A stretch of 59,671 bases of DNA from a virus (Duplodnaviria; Caudoviricetes): positions 1 to 59,671 of the IMG/VR virus record IMGVR_UViG_3300032311_000698; one strand, written 5' to 3'. Both the position numbers and the translations under genes were made by a program. A model generated the notes under the pieces. The model saw only the letters and a program-made list of their open reading frames with translations. It did not search any database and was not told where the DNA came from. Within the stretch, counting starts at the first letter, position 1. Every line of letters starts with the position of its first letter. Of the stretch, positions 58,041 through 59,671 are shown piece after piece.

Positions 58041-58280
58041 ATGCCCGACCCACGAAAGCAAGAGTACTACTTGAAAAACAAGGAAGCCCGAATCTCGTAT
58101 CAGCGATCCTATTACGAGAAGAACAAACACATCATCGTTCGGAAGCGAGAGGTGCGAGGCTTCCTTGATCCAGAGGAGCGGGAAGCGATGAAGCAATACA
58201 ACAAGAGCTACTACGCGAAGAACAAAGACCGGATCAAGGAACAACGGAAAAGGAAACGGGAATCAGGAATAACGAAATGA
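58041..58280 (+). CDS. Basic Tyr/Lys-repeat protein (YYxKNK x3)
   Basis: EYYLKNK, SYYEKNK, SYYAKNK. Confidence 0.6.
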   Translation: MPDPRKQEYYLKNKEARISYQRSYYEKNKHIIVRKREVRGFLDPEEREAMKQYNKSYYAKNKDRIKEQRKRKRESGITK

Positions 58281-58429
58281 GTTTCGAGCAGATAGTTGTT
58301 GGAATCGCGATGGCCCTATACGCGATGGTGGGCGTAAGTTATACGATTAAGGGCGACATGCCTTGGGCTTTGGTGTGGTTTTCATATGCGACGGCCAATG
58401 TCGGACTCATATGGGCGGCGAAAAGCTGA
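58277..58429 (+). CDS. 50-aa membrane microprotein, paralog B (not in ORF track)
   Basis: MSFEQIVVGIAMALYAMVGVSYTIKGDMPWALVWFSYATANVGLIWAAKS. Confidence 0.75.
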   Translation: MSFEQIVVGIAMALYAMVGVSYTIKGDMPWALVWFSYATANVGLIWAAKS

Positions 58430-58781
58430 CCGTCAAGATCGTTCGAGTGACCGGAATCACGGCTCAGGATGGGGTTCTGATAAGTGATTTGTTGCTTTTT
58501 CACTTATCAGCTTATCCAACATCCCGACATGTTGCATAAGACCCCCCATTTTCCCCCCTTTTTAGGCCCATCTGTTTAATCGACTTTTATAGGACTTGTT
58601 ACTCTTTTAGTTTATTTGGCTCTTTTTAGGGCTTATTAACGCATATTATTTGCATTTACGCACGATAAACGGAGCGGGATTCACGGTGCGGGAATCACCG
58701 CAAAGCCTTACAGGATGCGGGTTGCAGCGTCTTACCCCTTAAAATGCGTATACGTTTGTGCTGGTGCTACGACCCACTTCA

Positions 58782-58855
58782 AAAACTTTCTATAGAATAG
58801 AATAAACTGATTGGGTTATAGCCCAATCAGTTTATAGTAGTTATAGAAAAGTTTT
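58782..58855. repeat. Long AT-rich palindrome, copy 2
   Basis: 58782-58834 identical to 34582-34634; outer arms AAAACTTTCTATA/TATAGAAAAGTTTT. Confidence 0.9.
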
Positions 58856-58978
58856 TATATATAGGGGAGAAAATAACTTGACTTTTAGGGGGCCGCTATC
58901 TTTTTCACTACAGAAAATTATTTTCTCACAGCAAGAAAAAGATCTTGACTTTTAGGGGGCCAATATCACCTTACCGCC

Positions 58979-59437
58979 ATGCCGATTATTCCCAACGCCA
59001 CAAATTACACCATAGACTCCGACAACCGCCTCTACCGCGACGGCAAGCGACTTCGTGTGCGCCGTTCCGCTAACGGAGTCTTCGGGAGGGTCGAGTGCGA
59101 CGATGGGATCCGACGCCGACTCAACTTCGCTTCGGTTGTCGGGTCGCCAGAAACGCAGCTCACCCACGAATATGTCTTCGAGCGGGAGAACGCCCGTCTG
59201 CATGATGGCTTCCCAGACTACGCTGTCACCAACTACGGCGATGTCTATTGCTTGCGTAAATCGAAAAGTGGGGTGCACGCCAACAGCTACTACATCGTTC
59301 CGGACTTCCTGCACGGCCCAACCAACAAGCGGTACATCTCGATCCGCCGCGCTGACGGGAGACGCTACCAGATTCGTCTCGCTCGATTCGTTCGACATGT
59401 GTGGGGAGATGACGCAAATTTCAACCAAGAAGAATAA
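58979..59437 (+). CDS. Protein with tandem NUMOD4-like domains, no HNH
   Basis: IPNATNYTIDSDNRLY and GFPDYAVTNYGDVY repeats, each followed by a basic beta region; no HNH catalytic motif. Confidence 0.55.
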   Translation: MPIIPNATNYTIDSDNRLYRDGKRLRVRRSANGVFGRVECDDGIRRRLNFASVVGSPETQLTHEYVFERENARLHDGFPDYAVTNYGDVYCLRKSKSGVHANSYYIVPDFLHGPTNKRYISIRRADGRRYQIRLARFVRHVWGDDANFNQEE

Positions 59438-59441
59438 GGTC

Positions 59442-59469
59442 TTGACATCTTTTCTGTAAAACTTACTAT
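59442..59469 (+). promoter_or_regulatory. sigma70-type leaderless promoter of the portal operon
   Basis: TTGACA - 16 nt - TACTAT; ATG 59478 follows 8 nt later. Confidence 0.7.
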
Positions 59470-59477
59470 CCACGCGA

Positions 59478-59671
59478 ATGTCATCTACGCATCTCGATAT
59501 CGACGGTCTTGCTTTAGAAGCATTAGACGAGAAGGGTAAACCGGTCGAAACCAGACTTAAAGACGTGCAGTCGGCATTGTCGATCTACAACTCTCTTCGC
59601 CGTGGCGACGAGAAATCGTCAGTTGTTCGCGCCCGTATCGATTCAATGTTTGATGGTGCGGCTCCTTACGA
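59478..59671 (+). CDS. 5' part of the portal gene (continues at window start)
   Basis: ATG TCA TCT... is in frame with 17..2194 through the overlap. Confidence 0.8.
   Translation, partial: MSSTHLDIDGLALEALDEKGKPVETRLKDVQSALSIYNSLRRGDEKSSVVRARIDSMFDGAAPY
59549..59671. repeat. Terminal direct repeat (circular assembly overlap), copy 2
   Basis: Identical to 1-123. Confidence 0.95.

Overview
The window appears to be a complete, circularly assembled genome of a lytic tailed dsDNA phage. Unit length is about 59,548 bp: bases 1-123 recur exactly at 59549-59671, and the portal gene runs across the join. Layout: (i) + strand head/tail/lysis block, about 58.0 kb through the join to 18.6 kb (portal, scaffold, major capsid, two adaptor+fibre pairs, tail proteins, holin-like proteins, amidase); (ii) - strand replication block, 18.6-32.6 kb (primase-helicase, family A polymerase, SSB-like protein, Cas4-like nuclease, many small genes, tRNA-Thr, SF2 helicase, RuvC-like resolvase, HTH/TerS-like protein); (iii) + strand large terminase and putative ejection proteins, including a 4261-aa polyvalent protein, 32.7-49.6 kb; (iv) - strand GC-rich early region with an AAA/vWA-metallopeptidase cluster, 49.6-57.4 kb; (v) a repeat-rich non-coding region, 57.4-58.9 kb, that probably holds the physical end or packaging/origin signals. 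I recognised no integrase, RNA polymerase, reverse transcriptase or CRISPR array. The most striking signal is a peptide motif ATQ(F/I)G(A/S) that occurs four times in the giant protein, at the borders of three putative cargo domains and just downstream of a zincin protease domain, suggesting a self-processing effector polyprotein. Other signals: near-total absence of CCNGG (so Pro-Gly is purged from the proteome); a 53-bp palindrome duplicated 24.2 kb apart; many near-leaderless sigma70 promoters; stem-loop+promoter cassettes between early genes; and a structured capsid-gene leader. All family assignments come from motif recognition by eye, not from database searches.
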